Of a DNA stretch of 64,000 nucleotides, positions 19,570 through 30,164 are shown piece after piece. Origin of the DNA: Bryobacterales bacterium (GTDB lineage Bacteria > Acidobacteriota > Terriglobia > Bryobacterales > UBA6623); assembly GCA_963422375.2 (NCBI GenBank), contig OY729428.2, forward strand, positions 2,112,001-2,176,000, written 5' to 3'. Position numbers and translations under genes: made by a program. Each line of letters starts with the position of its first letter. The stretch's first letter is position 1. The notes beneath the pieces are model-generated. The model saw only the letters and a program-made list of their open reading frames with translations, did no database searches and was not told where the DNA came from.

Positions 19570-20540
19570 GCCATGTTGGTACGGCCAATCGCTCGTACGG
19601 CAGCAATCCGGCAATCGCGCAGCAAGCCTCGCAAGGCTCGCACTTACGTGGACGCTCACTCGACTCTGGACGAAGAAGTTCCAATTCTTCGACCTCGAGC
19701 GAGGCCTCGATTCGGCGGGCCTCTCGGATCGGTTCCTCGGAGAGGGCTCGCCGTCCTAGGATCCGACCTCGCCCCGAGATCCTCCAAGCGTCGGCAAAGC
19801 TAGCAAATTGATTGAGACGCACGGCCCACTTCATCGCACTGGGCGGTGCTCCCGCGGCGTTGCTGGATCGGCCGTGCTGGAGCCTAGACGGATGCTCGCT
19901 CGCTGCAACTTTCCGGGGATCGGCCAATCCGAGATCTGCTCAGGGTCAGACGGTGCTCTTTCCTGAGATGCGCCTTGCCTGGCTCGTTCACGGCTTGCAG
20001 TCGCTCCGAGTGCTTGCTCCTTCGGGGCAATTCTGTTCGGATGCGGCTTGAACTGGCGCGTCCCCGCTGAAAGACGCCGTAGGCGACCTGTCGCAAGAGC
20101 GATTCCGCGCGATGGTAACTCGCGAAAACGCCCCATTCTAGAGCGCCCCAGTCTGCACACCGTGCGCTAGCACCCAGACGCACTCGCAGCCCCGACATCG
20201 TCCGGCCCCTAAACTCCTGACGTCCATATCCCAAGAACCGGTTGTTCAAGGCACCGCAAGTACACGTCTGCGATTCCGGCATTCTCGGACGCATAACCAG
20301 TGTCACCACGCATTGGGAAGTCGCTGGGCATCCTAATGTCCGGACCTCTTGGGATGGCATTCTGACCGAGAGTGGGGTCCGGGCGATCCGTGCCGAGGAG
20401 CGCGACTGCCACTTCTGCCAGCTCACCACGGGGCGGAGATCGACGTCATCATCCAGAAGGGGGGCCATCGAGTTTCGAAGTCAAGCGCGGACGCACCCGG
20501 TCCTCGCCCCATCCATGACAGCCGGGCTCCATGACAGCCG
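19570..20540 (+). pseudogene. Heavily decayed AAA-family ATPase (AAA_14 + DUF4143)
   Basis: Ordered relics across frames: FFDLE, FIALGGAPAALL..SLDG, RLFKAPQVHVCDSGIL, GHPNVRTSWDG, HGAEIDVII, FEVK. Many stops and frameshifts; boundaries approximate. Confidence 0.65.
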
Positions 20541-20657
20541 CGCTGAGCGCCGCCGGGTTGCAGCGGATCGACTAGCCTCGACCGAGCCGAGAAGCACTCA
20601 GACCACAGCCCGCGCCGCGTCGGGTGGAATAATCCCTGCCGCGGCCATGCGGCGAAG

Positions 20658-21509
20658 TCAGCGGTCAAACAGAGGCTTGCCCCCAAGCGCCTTCCACCTG
20701 TCGTCGGTGTAATTCTCGTAACGGACTGGAAACCGGCAGTAGGCACACGATGCACGGTGCTTTCTCGTGTTGGTCTTGCGAGACCACGGGCAAGAAGGGC
20801 AGACAACAATGTACCGTGCAGGGGCGAATTGGACTTGGTGGCACCGGTCGCCAGTGCATCCGATAGAACGTGCCGTTCTTTTCCACACGCTGTCATGCAT
20901 GTGATTCTCCCCCACCAGAGCATGAGCGATCTCATGGAGGATCGTATCCGTCAACTCGTCTTCCGGAGCTTCCAAGCAAAACTGCAGCGACATGCTGATG
21001 ACCTTCATTCGGTAGTAGCACGCACCGGCTCTGCTAGAGGCGTCGTCGAATTGAAAGCTCCAGTCCTCCAATCCATGCCGGGCCATGAGATCCCTTGCCT
21101 GCCTAGTTACCGCCTCCAGCACAGCCGTGCGGTCTCCTGCCGCATCCGGGTTGACATGGGAGAGATGCGAATATGCAACACGCCAGTCGCCGCCCGGACT
21201 GACAACGACGGCCTTGGAAGGGTTCAGTCGAGCGATCTTGCCCACGATCGTCCCCTTACGCGACGCAAACTGCACCTCGTCGCCGGGACGGAACCGCGCC
21301 TTCAGCGTGTCGGTTGGCGCCGATACCTGCCTTCTCTCGCCGTCCTCGCGCTTGTCGAGCATGCACCAAGGCACTCTGAACGATCCCCCGTCGCTTGTCA
21401 CGACCGTGCAACGATGCGCAGTCTTCTTTGCCACGTGGCCGAATAGCCGGGCGGTGCCGTGGAGGAACATGACAGGATCGGAGACTGCGACTTCATCGGG
21501 GAGTGCCAT
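20658..21509 (-). CDS. SprT-like zinc metalloprotease with two N-terminal beta-rich repeats and C-terminal Zn ribbon
   Basis: RAGAC, DTILHEIAHAL, HDSVWK..A..IGC, CPSC...CAYC. Confidence 0.88.
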   Translation of the reverse strand: MALPDEVAVSDPVMFLHGTARLFGHVAKKTAHRCTVVTSDGGSFRVPWCMLDKREDGERRQVSAPTDTLKARFRPGDEVQFASRKGTIVGKIARLNPSKAVVVSPGGDWRVAYSHLSHVNPDAAGDRTAVLEAVTRQARDLMARHGLEDWSFQFDDASSRAGACYYRMKVISMSLQFCLEAPEDELTDTILHEIAHALVGENHMHDSVWKRTARSIGCTGDRCHQVQFAPARYIVVCPSCPWSRKTNTRKHRASCAYCRFPVRYENYTDDRWKALGGKPLFDR

Positions 21510-22286
21510 TGGAGTGCGCCTAGATAAGTGCTATCGGAACGATGGTTGCGTCTTCCAAATCCGGGACTTCCAGTCCCCGCCCGCGGAGCACCGGACGCAC
21601 CTACAAAACGTAACTACTATAATGCAACACTCGAGGCAGTTCCGTTGGGCCGCAGAATAGAGATCGCCTCGCCTTCCGTTCCCGAGACAGCGCAAGTTCA
21701 CGACAACGACGTAGTGGGCACGAGTCCGTACGACGGACAATCGCTACGAAGTCGCTATGTCGCGCCAAGTGACGCCAAGGAACTCTGGCGGGCCCGAGCG
21801 GAAGCCCGTTGATAGCTCGCGCAGGCCGGTGCAAGGGCTGCCTCACATACGCCGAAACGAAGCGTCAATCCAATTGCGCACGAGCATCGCAGATGGACGG
21901 TCAGATCCTTCAGGATGCCTCAGGCGACGCGCTCGCGACGGAGTCGCCCCCGGGCGCGGTCATCGGTGGCTTGGAGCCGCAGTCAGAATGCCGCGTTGGA
22001 CCAGCCCGCCTCCAGCCGCCGCGGTATCAGGGGTGAGATGAGGGGCGCTCGTCAAGCAGGCCGTCCCAGACGGCCCGGTCCATGCCCAGCCGCTCGGCGG
22101 CCGCAGCCCGGTCCTCCCGGTCCAACCACCTCTCGCGAATCACACCAGCCGGACGCCTCGTGTCCTACATTCCTGCAATGAGATTCGATTCCGTCGTCGG
22201 ACTTGGGCCGTGACTAGTCCGGCCAAGGCTCGCCTGCCGACGGGCAGCCGGATTCTCCGCGTCGGTCCGGCAGGGATTCCTCCCGG

Positions 22287-23384
22287 TCACCGCGCTACGA
22301 CTCGTGTTCCAGGCCGGATCTCGTCGGTCGCGCGCAGCACTACGCGGTCGCCGGCCGCAAGATCCCCGAAGACCTCGGCCAGTCCGGCCTCCGTTAGTCC
22401 TCGCCGGACGTTGACCCATTCGGCCCTGCCGTCCGAGACTCGAATCACGAAGATGCGCTCGGTCGTTGCCCTGATCGCCGTCGGCGGCACGAACAGCGTC
22501 TCTCTCGCACGCTGGACCGGCCACTGCACCTCGGCGTACATGCCGGGGGTGAGCTTGGTTGCGGCGTTGGCGAAGTCCAGCTCGACGGGCATGGTGCGAG
22601 TTCGCGGATCCACGGCGTACGCCGGCCGCGCTACGACCGCCGCGAAGGTCTCCGACGGGAATGCGGCGACACTGAATCGCACGCGCCGGCCACGCGCGAT
22701 GCTCTGCCTGTAGGCCTCTGGAACGGCGGCCACAAGGCGCAGGCGCGCCACATGCTCGAGCGTGAACAGAGGCATGCCCGCCGTGCCTTGCGGGCCTGCG
22801 AGCGCTCCGACGTGCGCCTGACGCTCGGTGATCACGCCCGCGAACGGCGCCGTCACCCGCAGGTACCTCTCGATCTCCTCGACGGCGCGCACCGCCGCTT
22901 CGTGCGCGGCCTTCGTCTTCTCGAGCGCGTCAACCCGCGCCCGTTCGCCTTCGACGGTCTTGCCCGCCAGGACCAAGTCATTGCCGGCGACGACTCCCGG
23001 CGTCTTCGCGGCTTCGGAGAGTCGCTGGTAGGTGCTCTCGGCCGCAGCGAGCCGGGCCTGCGCTTCGATCCGCTCCGCATCGACGATCGGGACTCTCGCT
23101 TCGGCCTCGAGTCGCCGGGCGGTGAGCTCGGGCGCGCTCATCTCGGCCAGAAGCTGGCCCCGCTTGACAAACGAGGCGCGGTCGACGTGGACCGACTCGA
23201 CGAAGCCCGTCACCTTGGCGTGAATCTCCACTCGCTGGTAAGGCTCGAGCTCGCCGGGAACGATCATCGTCTTTGCCAGCGGCTTCGACACGACTTCGGC
23301 TAGTTCGGCACGGACCGCGCCGGCTTGCTGGCCGGGAATCGGCAGCGCTGCGGCAAGCAGCGTGACGACCATGATGGATCGCAT
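22287..23384 (-). CDS. RND efflux periplasmic adaptor subunit
   Basis: Signal peptide, HAKVTGFV, APFAGVIT, VDPRTRT, LTPGMYA. Confidence 0.95.
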   Translation of the reverse strand: MRSIMVVTLLAAALPIPGQQAGAVRAELAEVVSKPLAKTMIVPGELEPYQRVEIHAKVTGFVESVHVDRASFVKRGQLLAEMSAPELTARRLEAEARVPIVDAERIEAQARLAAAESTYQRLSEAAKTPGVVAGNDLVLAGKTVEGERARVDALEKTKAAHEAAVRAVEEIERYLRVTAPFAGVITERQAHVGALAGPQGTAGMPLFTLEHVARLRLVAAVPEAYRQSIARGRRVRFSVAAFPSETFAAVVARPAYAVDPRTRTMPVELDFANAATKLTPGMYAEVQWPVQRARETLFVPPTAIRATTERIFVIRVSDGRAEWVNVRRGLTEAGLAEVFGDLAAGDRVVLRATDEIRPGTRVVAR

Positions 23385-23397
23385 GATGAGTCCTCTC

Positions 23398-26300
23398 TCA
23401 GGCCGCCGAGGGGCCGGGCTCGATAGCGTCGCCGTAGTGCGGGCTGCCGGGGTCCTCGGGATCGATCGACGGGGACGCAGTCGACGCGTTCCGCTGCACC
23501 ACGGCGAAGACGGCCGGAATCACGACCAGCGCCGTCAGTGTCGACAAGACCAAGCCGCCGATCACCGCGATCCCGAGCGGGGCCGTCTGCTCGGCGCCGA
23601 GCGCCAACGGCGTCATGCCCGCGATCATGACGACGCTCGTCATGAGTATCGGCCGCATTCGAGAGCGCGAAGCCTCGACGGCAGCCACGTCGGCGGCCAT
23701 GCCCTCGCGCCGGAATCTCTCGGCGAACGTGCATAGGAGAATGGCGTCGGCGACCGATACGCCGATCGCCATGATCGCCCCCATGAACGACTGGATGTTG
23801 AGCGTGATGCCGGTGAGCAGCAGCGCCAGCGCCACGCCGGACAGCACGGCAGGAATTGCCATGATGACGACGAACGCGACCCTCACGGATTGGAAATACG
23901 CGGCCAGCAGGAGGAAGACGGCGACGATCGCCAGCAGCAGGCCCAGCTCCAAGCTGTCCGTCATCAGCTCCATCGGCCCGACTTGACCGCGCACGTCCAC
24001 GCTGACGCCTCGGGGCGCGGGCAACTCGCCCAGCGCATCGCGGATGGCGGCCGCGGCCCTGCCGAGATCCTGGCCCACCACGTTTGCCGTGACGGTGACC
24101 ATCCGCTGCATGTTGTAGCGGTGGTATTCGCCCACCGCTTGGCCGAAGTTGACGTCGGCCACGTCTCCCACCAAGGTCGGCGCGATGGCTCCGTGCTTCA
24201 CCGGTATGCGCGAGACGTCCTCCAGAGACTGGACCATCGACTGCGGAATTTCCACCTGCACTTGGTAGGCGATGCCGGACCGCGGATCCGCCCAGTAGAC
24301 CGGAGTCGTGAAGCGGCTCGACCATGTGGCCGGCGCGAGGGCCCTGCCCACTTCCTCAACCGTCACGTCCAGCTGCGCCGCCCGCCTGCGGTCCACCTGT
24401 ATGTCGACCGAGGGATAGTCGAGCAACTCCCCGATCTGCACGTCGCGCAGATAGTCGATCCCGGTGAGCCGCGCCACGACCTCGCGGGCGTAGGCCTCGC
24501 TGTCCGGAAGGCTCGGCCCTGCCACCGCGACCTCGATCGGGGTCGGGGCGCCGAAGCTCATGACCTGGCTGACCAAGTCGGGCGACTCGAACGCGATCCG
24601 CGTGCCCGGAGCCAGCTCCGGCAGGCGCCTTCGCAGCTCTTCCTCCACAGCCGCCGTCGGAATGCCGGAATCCGGGTCGAGCGCAATTCGCATGACCGCT
24701 TCGTGCGGACCTCCCGTCCAGAGGAAGATCAGGTTGACCGGGAAGCTCGACGGCTGGACTCCCACGAAGGCGATTGATTTCTCGACATTCTCCGGCCCGA
24801 CGATCTCGCCCACAGCATCGAGGACCTCCTGCGCGAGTTGCTCGGTCCGCTCGACTCGCGTGCCGGACGGGCCGCGCACTCGCATCTGCAGCGAGTTGGT
24901 GTCAATCCGCGGGAAGATGTCGGTTCCCAAGCCGCCGCCCGCGAAGTACAGGATCGCTGCGGTTCCAGCGAGGTAGCAGCCGAAGATCGGCCATCGCAGG
25001 GCCACCAAGCCGCGAGAGACGTTGCCGAAGGCGTCTTGGACCGGACCGAACCAGTTCCGCGCCCCGGGGGCGGCGCGCCTAGCCCCGCGGTTCAGCCATG
25101 TCTCCATGACCGGCACGAACGTGCTGGCCAGGAAGTACGAGGAGATCATCGAGAAGGCCACCGCCAGAGCCAGCGGCACGAATATGGCCTGCGCCACGCC
25201 GGTCATGAAGAACGAGGGCGCGAACACCGAGACGACGCACAGCATGGCGAGCAGCCTAGGCACGACGACCTCGCGACTGGCTTCGAGCACGGCCCTGGCG
25301 ACTGGCTTGCCATGCGCCATGTGCGTGTGGATGTTCTCGATGGCGATGATCGACTCGTCCACCAGAATGCCGATGGCTAGGGTCAGTCCGCCCAGCGTCA
25401 TCAGATTGATCGACTGGCCCGCCGCCCATAGGGCTACGGTTGCCGACAGCAGGGCGATCGGAATCGTCAACACGACCACGACCGCGCTACGGAAGCTGCC
25501 AAGGGTCAGCAGGACGATCAGCCCTGTCAGCAGCGCGCCTAGGACGCCCTCGGTCGTTAGCGCCCGGATCGCATTCAGCACGTAGAAAGACTGGTCGAAT
25601 TCGAAGGACACATTGATGTCCTCGGGAATCGCCGCTCGAAAGGTCGGGAGCGCATCCTTCACTCGCTGGACCACCTCGAGCGTCGAGGCATCAGCGCGCT
25701 TGGTCGCGGCGATGTAGACGGCCCGGGCGCCGTCCACGAGGGCGTAGCTGGTCAGGATGTCCGCGGCATCCTCCGCGTAGCCGACATCGCGGAGATAGAC
25801 CGTGGGCCCCGGGCCGGACTTGAGCGGCACGTCGTTCAGCTCGGTCGCCTGCACCACCGTCGAATTGACCGGTGCGAGATAGTTCTTGTCCCCGATCCGG
25901 ACGCTTCCCGACGGCGAGATCGTATTCGTGCTCGCGATCGCCCGCACTACGTCGTCCGGCGACATGCCGTAGCCCCTCAGCTTGTCGGGATCGACCCGAA
26001 CGACCACGCTCCGCGCGCTGCCCCCGAACGGCGGCGGGGCCGAGACCCCTTCCAGCCGCGAGAACATCGGGCGCACGCGGAACAGCGCCAAGTCTGCGAT
26101 CTCGTCCACGCCCCGCGTTTCGCTGGAGAACACTAGGTAGCCCACGGGCACGCCGCCCGCGTCGAAGCGCATGATGAACGGGGGCACGGTCCCCGGCGGC
26201 ATGAACGAACGCGACCGATTGACCTGCGCGACCGTCTCGGCCATGGCCGTAGCCATGTCGGTTCCGTCGTGGAAATGCAGCTTCATCAAAGCGGCACCTT

Positions 26301-26556
26301 GGATGGAGCGCGATTCGACATGGTCGATCCCGCGGATGTAGAGGAAGTGGTACTCGTAGTAATTCACGAGGTACCCCTCCATCTGCGCCGGATCCATGCC
26401 GCCGTAGGGCTGCGCGACGTAGATGACGGGGGTGCCGAGATCCGGAAAGATATCGGCCTTCATCCGGTTGAGGGCCAGCGCGGAGGCTAGGGCCACGCCG
26501 AGGATGGCCATGAGAACCGTGATGGGCCGCCGCATCGCGGCATGGATGAGCCACAT
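23398..26556 (-). CDS. RND efflux permease (AcrB/CusA family)
   Basis: 1052 aa; [31 protein letters not shown]. Confidence 0.97.
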   Translation of the reverse strand: MWLIHAAMRRPITVLMAILGVALASALALNRMKADIFPDLGTPVIYVAQPYGGMDPAQMEGYLVNYYEYHFLYIRGIDHVESRSIQGAALMKLHFHDGTDMATAMAETVAQVNRSRSFMPPGTVPPFIMRFDAGGVPVGYLVFSSETRGVDEIADLALFRVRPMFSRLEGVSAPPPFGGSARSVVVRVDPDKLRGYGMSPDDVVRAIASTNTISPSGSVRIGDKNYLAPVNSTVVQATELNDVPLKSGPGPTVYLRDVGYAEDAADILTSYALVDGARAVYIAATKRADASTLEVVQRVKDALPTFRAAIPEDINVSFEFDQSFYVLNAIRALTTEGVLGALLTGLIVLLTLGSFRSAVVVVLTIPIALLSATVALWAAGQSINLMTLGGLTLAIGILVDESIIAIENIHTHMAHGKPVARAVLEASREVVVPRLLAMLCVVSVFAPSFFMTGVAQAIFVPLALAVAFSMISSYFLASTFVPVMETWLNRGARRAAPGARNWFGPVQDAFGNVSRGLVALRWPIFGCYLAGTAAILYFAGGGLGTDIFPRIDTNSLQMRVRGPSGTRVERTEQLAQEVLDAVGEIVGPENVEKSIAFVGVQPSSFPVNLIFLWTGGPHEAVMRIALDPDSGIPTAAVEEELRRRLPELAPGTRIAFESPDLVSQVMSFGAPTPIEVAVAGPSLPDSEAYAREVVARLTGIDYLRDVQIGELLDYPSVDIQVDRRRAAQLDVTVEEVGRALAPATWSSRFTTPVYWADPRSGIAYQVQVEIPQSMVQSLEDVSRIPVKHGAIAPTLVGDVADVNFGQAVGEYHRYNMQRMVTVTANVVGQDLGRAAAAIRDALGELPAPRGVSVDVRGQVGPMELMTDSLELGLLLAIVAVFLLLAAYFQSVRVAFVVIMAIPAVLSGVALALLLTGITLNIQSFMGAIMAIGVSVADAILLCTFAERFRREGMAADVAAVEASRSRMRPILMTSVVMIAGMTPLALGAEQTAPLGIAVIGGLVLSTLTALVVIPAVFAVVQRNASTASPSIDPEDPGSPHYGDAIEPGPSAA

Positions 26557-26568
26557 GCTTCGCTCCCT

Positions 26569-27963
26569 CTAGCGGCTCGCGACGGCCAGCAAGCCCTCGA
26601 TCTCGCCCTGCGCCGCCGCCATGGCGAATAACGCGCGCCACACGTCGAGCCTTGCCAGCGAGTCATCCACCTCGGCCTGACGCAGCAACTGCTGGGCGTC
26701 CGCCACCTCGACGACGGTGCCGAGGCCGGCTTGGTAGCGTACGCGCGCCTGCGCTTCAAGCACTGTTGAGGCCTCGAGCTCGATCGGAGCGTTCAGGGCG
26801 ATCTTGCGGGCCGACTGCACTGCGATCCGCGCCCGGGCCACCTCCCCTCGGAGTTCCTGGGTGACGACGGCCGCACTTGCCCTCTGCTGCTCTAGCCGAT
26901 GCTCCGCAATCCGGCGCTCGGCTCGGTTCTTCCTGTAGTCGAGCAGGTCGAATTCCATGTTGAAGCCGACCGCCCAGTTGGCCTCCGAGGGTATCAGTCC
27001 GTGGCCGCCCCCTTGGAACGTTCCGTCGATACGGGCCCCCGTCCCCCGGCCGTACACGGCGGACTGCGCTAGAAACCGCGGGCGCCATTCCTTCCTGATC
27101 GCCTCCAGTCGAGCCTCGCCGACCGCGGTTTCGGCCTGTTGCGCCGCGGCCAGCGGATGCGATTCCTCGGAAGCGTCCGGCTCGGCTGGCGGCGGTTCGC
27201 CCGCCAAGGCCGCCGGATCGATCTCGACCACGCTTCCGGCCAAGCCGAGCCATTCGGCCAGCGAAGCCAGCGCCGTCTGCTCATGTTGCTCTGCCCGCAG
27301 CAGCACCGAGCGGGCGCGAGCCAACTCCGCTTTCGCTCGAGAGGCGTCCGCCCCGGGGCGCAGCTCGCTGCTCACCAAGACGGCAACGGAGTCGTGAAAT
27401 GCCTCGGCGCGCCCGACGGCGGCATTCGCCGCCGAGACAGCGAGCCGGTTGGCGACCGCCGCGAAATACGCGCCCGCTGCCGCGACTGCGACCTCGTACT
27501 CGGTCACGGCGCGTCCCGCCCGGGCGAGCGCCGCTACCGCCTCGGCCGCTCGGACATTCGCCTTCCGCAAGCCGAGGTCGAACGGCTCGTAGGAGAGCAG
27601 CATGCCGGCCGAGCTCCCGAACACGCTCGTGATCGTCAACTCCTCCTGCACGGGACCCGAGATTCCAGGGAGAACTCCGTTAGGGAAGATCAGCCCGAAA
27701 ACGTTGTTTCGGGTCGCGCGGTTGACACCGAGACGGACGCCCGCCCGCGGGAGGTAGGCGGTCCTAGCCAAGTCGGCGCCGCTCTCGGCGGCCGCGACAG
27801 CTGCCGCTGACGCTCGGATCGCTGGGAAGTTGCGAGCGGATTGGTCCACCGCCGATCCGAGGGTCAAGGGGGCAACCGGCCGTTCGGGTTCGGCTTCCTG
27901 GGCCGGCAAGGCGAAGGTCGCCAGCGCAAGCCCGCAAACAATTCGATGGATGGATCCGTACAT
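26569..27963 (-). CDS. TolC-family outer membrane efflux protein
   Basis: Signal peptide, helical repeats, RYQAGLGTVVEV; first gene of the RND operon, start at ATG 27963. Confidence 0.92.
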   Translation of the reverse strand: MYGSIHRIVCGLALATFALPAQEAEPERPVAPLTLGSAVDQSARNFPAIRASAAAVAAAESGADLARTAYLPRAGVRLGVNRATRNNVFGLIFPNGVLPGISGPVQEELTITSVFGSSAGMLLSYEPFDLGLRKANVRAAEAVAALARAGRAVTEYEVAVAAAGAYFAAVANRLAVSAANAAVGRAEAFHDSVAVLVSSELRPGADASRAKAELARARSVLLRAEQHEQTALASLAEWLGLAGSVVEIDPAALAGEPPPAEPDASEESHPLAAAQQAETAVGEARLEAIRKEWRPRFLAQSAVYGRGTGARIDGTFQGGGHGLIPSEANWAVGFNMEFDLLDYRKNRAERRIAEHRLEQQRASAAVVTQELRGEVARARIAVQSARKIALNAPIELEASTVLEAQARVRYQAGLGTVVEVADAQQLLRQAEVDDSLARLDVWRALFAMAAAQGEIEGLLAVASR

Positions 27964-28496
27964 AGGTGATTCCGGACGGCAGGCCCGTGGTATCAGGCGA
28001 GCGTCCCTCGGCCGACTGGCACTTCCGATAGCACACGAGGGTCCGCTGGAATCGGTTCTCGGCGGGCCCCACAATCCTCGAGGCCAGGAGGACCCGCACC
28101 GGGTGCTCGCGGTCGGCTCCTCGGTCCAGCGAATTGCGACGGCGACCCGCGGGGCCTGCTCTCAATCACGGTTGCGGTGCAACTACCGTATCGTCTCATG
28201 CCGGCGTGACGCTGGCAGCCGCTCGACGGTGATGCACTTTGCGGCCGCCGGCACGGAAGTTCTCAACTCCCAAGCGTCAGGCAGGGACTCATAGGGCAGC
28301 CCCTTTATACCGGAGCATCTGAAGCAAGAGGACGGCAGACGGAGGGCGCGACAGATTCCACAGACCGGGCACCAGCTCTGCGATGATTTGCGTAACTATG
28401 CAGGACCAGCTCGGCGGTCCGCTGTGGCGGCCATCGCCGCTTGGAGCCCGCCGGACGAGAGGGGCGAATGAACAAGCGCATCGGAAAGAGGGCGCC

Positions 28497-29348
28497 ATGC
28501 TGACGAGACGCCCGGCCTCGGCGAGAACCGTCGCCCTCGCAGTTGCGGTCGCGGCCGGCATCCTAGCCGCTACCAAGGAGACCGATCCCACTGACGGCAG
28601 GGCAGCCTGGCGGTTCGAGGAGATCGCCGACGGCGTCTTCTTCGCGGCCGGCACCGGCGCGATGACGACGATGAGCAACTCCATGGTCATCGTCAACGAT
28701 GACCACGCGATGCTGGTGGATACGAGCGTGTCTCCAGCTGCGGCACGCAAGCTTGTCGCGGAGATCCGGGCGGAGGCGACCGAGCTGGCGCGCCTAGAGA
28801 TGGCCCTCCGGGTGAGGGAGGCGCACTGGAACGCGATTCAAGAGACGAAGGTCAGGCCCCCGAACGTCACCTATCGCGACAGGATGAGAGTCGTCAAAGG
28901 CGGGCGCGAGGTGCAGCTGCATTTCGTCGGTCGCGGGCATACCAGCGGCGACACGATGGTGTTCCTTCCGGCCGAGCGCATCGTCTTCACGGGTGACTTT
29001 TTCGTCGGGCGGCCGGGAGCGAATGGCTTGCCGTACATGGGCGACGGATTCGTAAACGAATGGCCCGCGAGCCTTGACGGCCTCAAGGCGCTCGACTTCG
29101 ACATCATAGTGCCGGGTCACGGCACGCCGTTCCGCGAGCGCAAGCAGATCGACGACCTGCAAGGGTATCCGAGGGACTTGTGGAGGCAGGCATCGGAACT
29201 CCGTGCGGCGGGGCATCCCGTGGAGGAGGCAGTCAATCGAGTCGATTTGAGTGCGCACGCCCGAGCCTACGGCGAACGCGCGAGGCGAGTGGATCCGAGG
29301 GCAGTCGTGTGCATCTACGAGCTGCTTCAAATCCGGCACCCCCTCTGA
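28497..29348 (+). pseudogene. MBL-fold metallo-hydrolase with in-frame internal deletion
   Basis: NSMVIV..MLVDT, GHTSGD, FTGD and PGHG are present, but the HxHxDH segment is missing after EIRAE. Confidence 0.72.
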
Positions 29349-30164
29349 GCAGCGGGGTCCTCGCCTGCGAATGCGGTCGACCGTTCCCGACAATGCCTAC
29401 GGCACCAAAGCGCCAGTAACCGCTAGCAGGCACGCTCGAGCTCGACTCGCGCCAAGGGCTTGGCTTGGAAGAATTGCCTGACCGCGGACATCGGGCGCAG
29501 GTGACGCCCGCGACAGGCCTCGTCTTGTCGCCGAGCCGAATCCGTCCCGTCGCGCGAGTGAGCGCCTGATCCCGCGTCGATCCCGTCGGACGATAGATCT
29601 CCATTCATGCGTATTCCGGGCGAACAGGTGTTGGCAGGCCTCGGCAGACGTCCTTTCGGGGGGATGCACGGGCGAAGGCCGTCTCGCTTGGCGTCCATCT
29701 CGATCTACACGCTGGAATCGGAGTCTCCGAGGCAGCGATTGCGGGCACGTGCCAGCCGATCGTCCCAGCCAACGAGTGAACAGGCCGCGAGCGGCTCTCG
29801 TGCCAACATTGGATCGCTCGGGCCAAGGTGCCCGCGCACACGTTAATTCCTTCGGTGCTCCGACCGATGCAGCCTCCGTCCCGCCCCCGCTGCGGTGGGT
29901 GCGCTACTAGCGGTGTGGACCACCCGTCGCCTCCGAGGTACGCCGCATCAGACGAGCAGGTAAGGAGTTCCCGGAACAACTTGAATTGGGATGCAGATTG
30001 CCCGCAGTGTCGCCTGCGGACTGGTTCAGCCCAGCCAATCCAAGCGTACCGGGCCTTGATCTGGCATCTGTCGGGAGGCGTACGATAGCCGGAGTGGGAG
30101 CCTGCCGGCTGCTGTCGCAGCACCGGCACGGCTTCATCCCGTCCTGTGGTAGCCTGTCGCAGGT

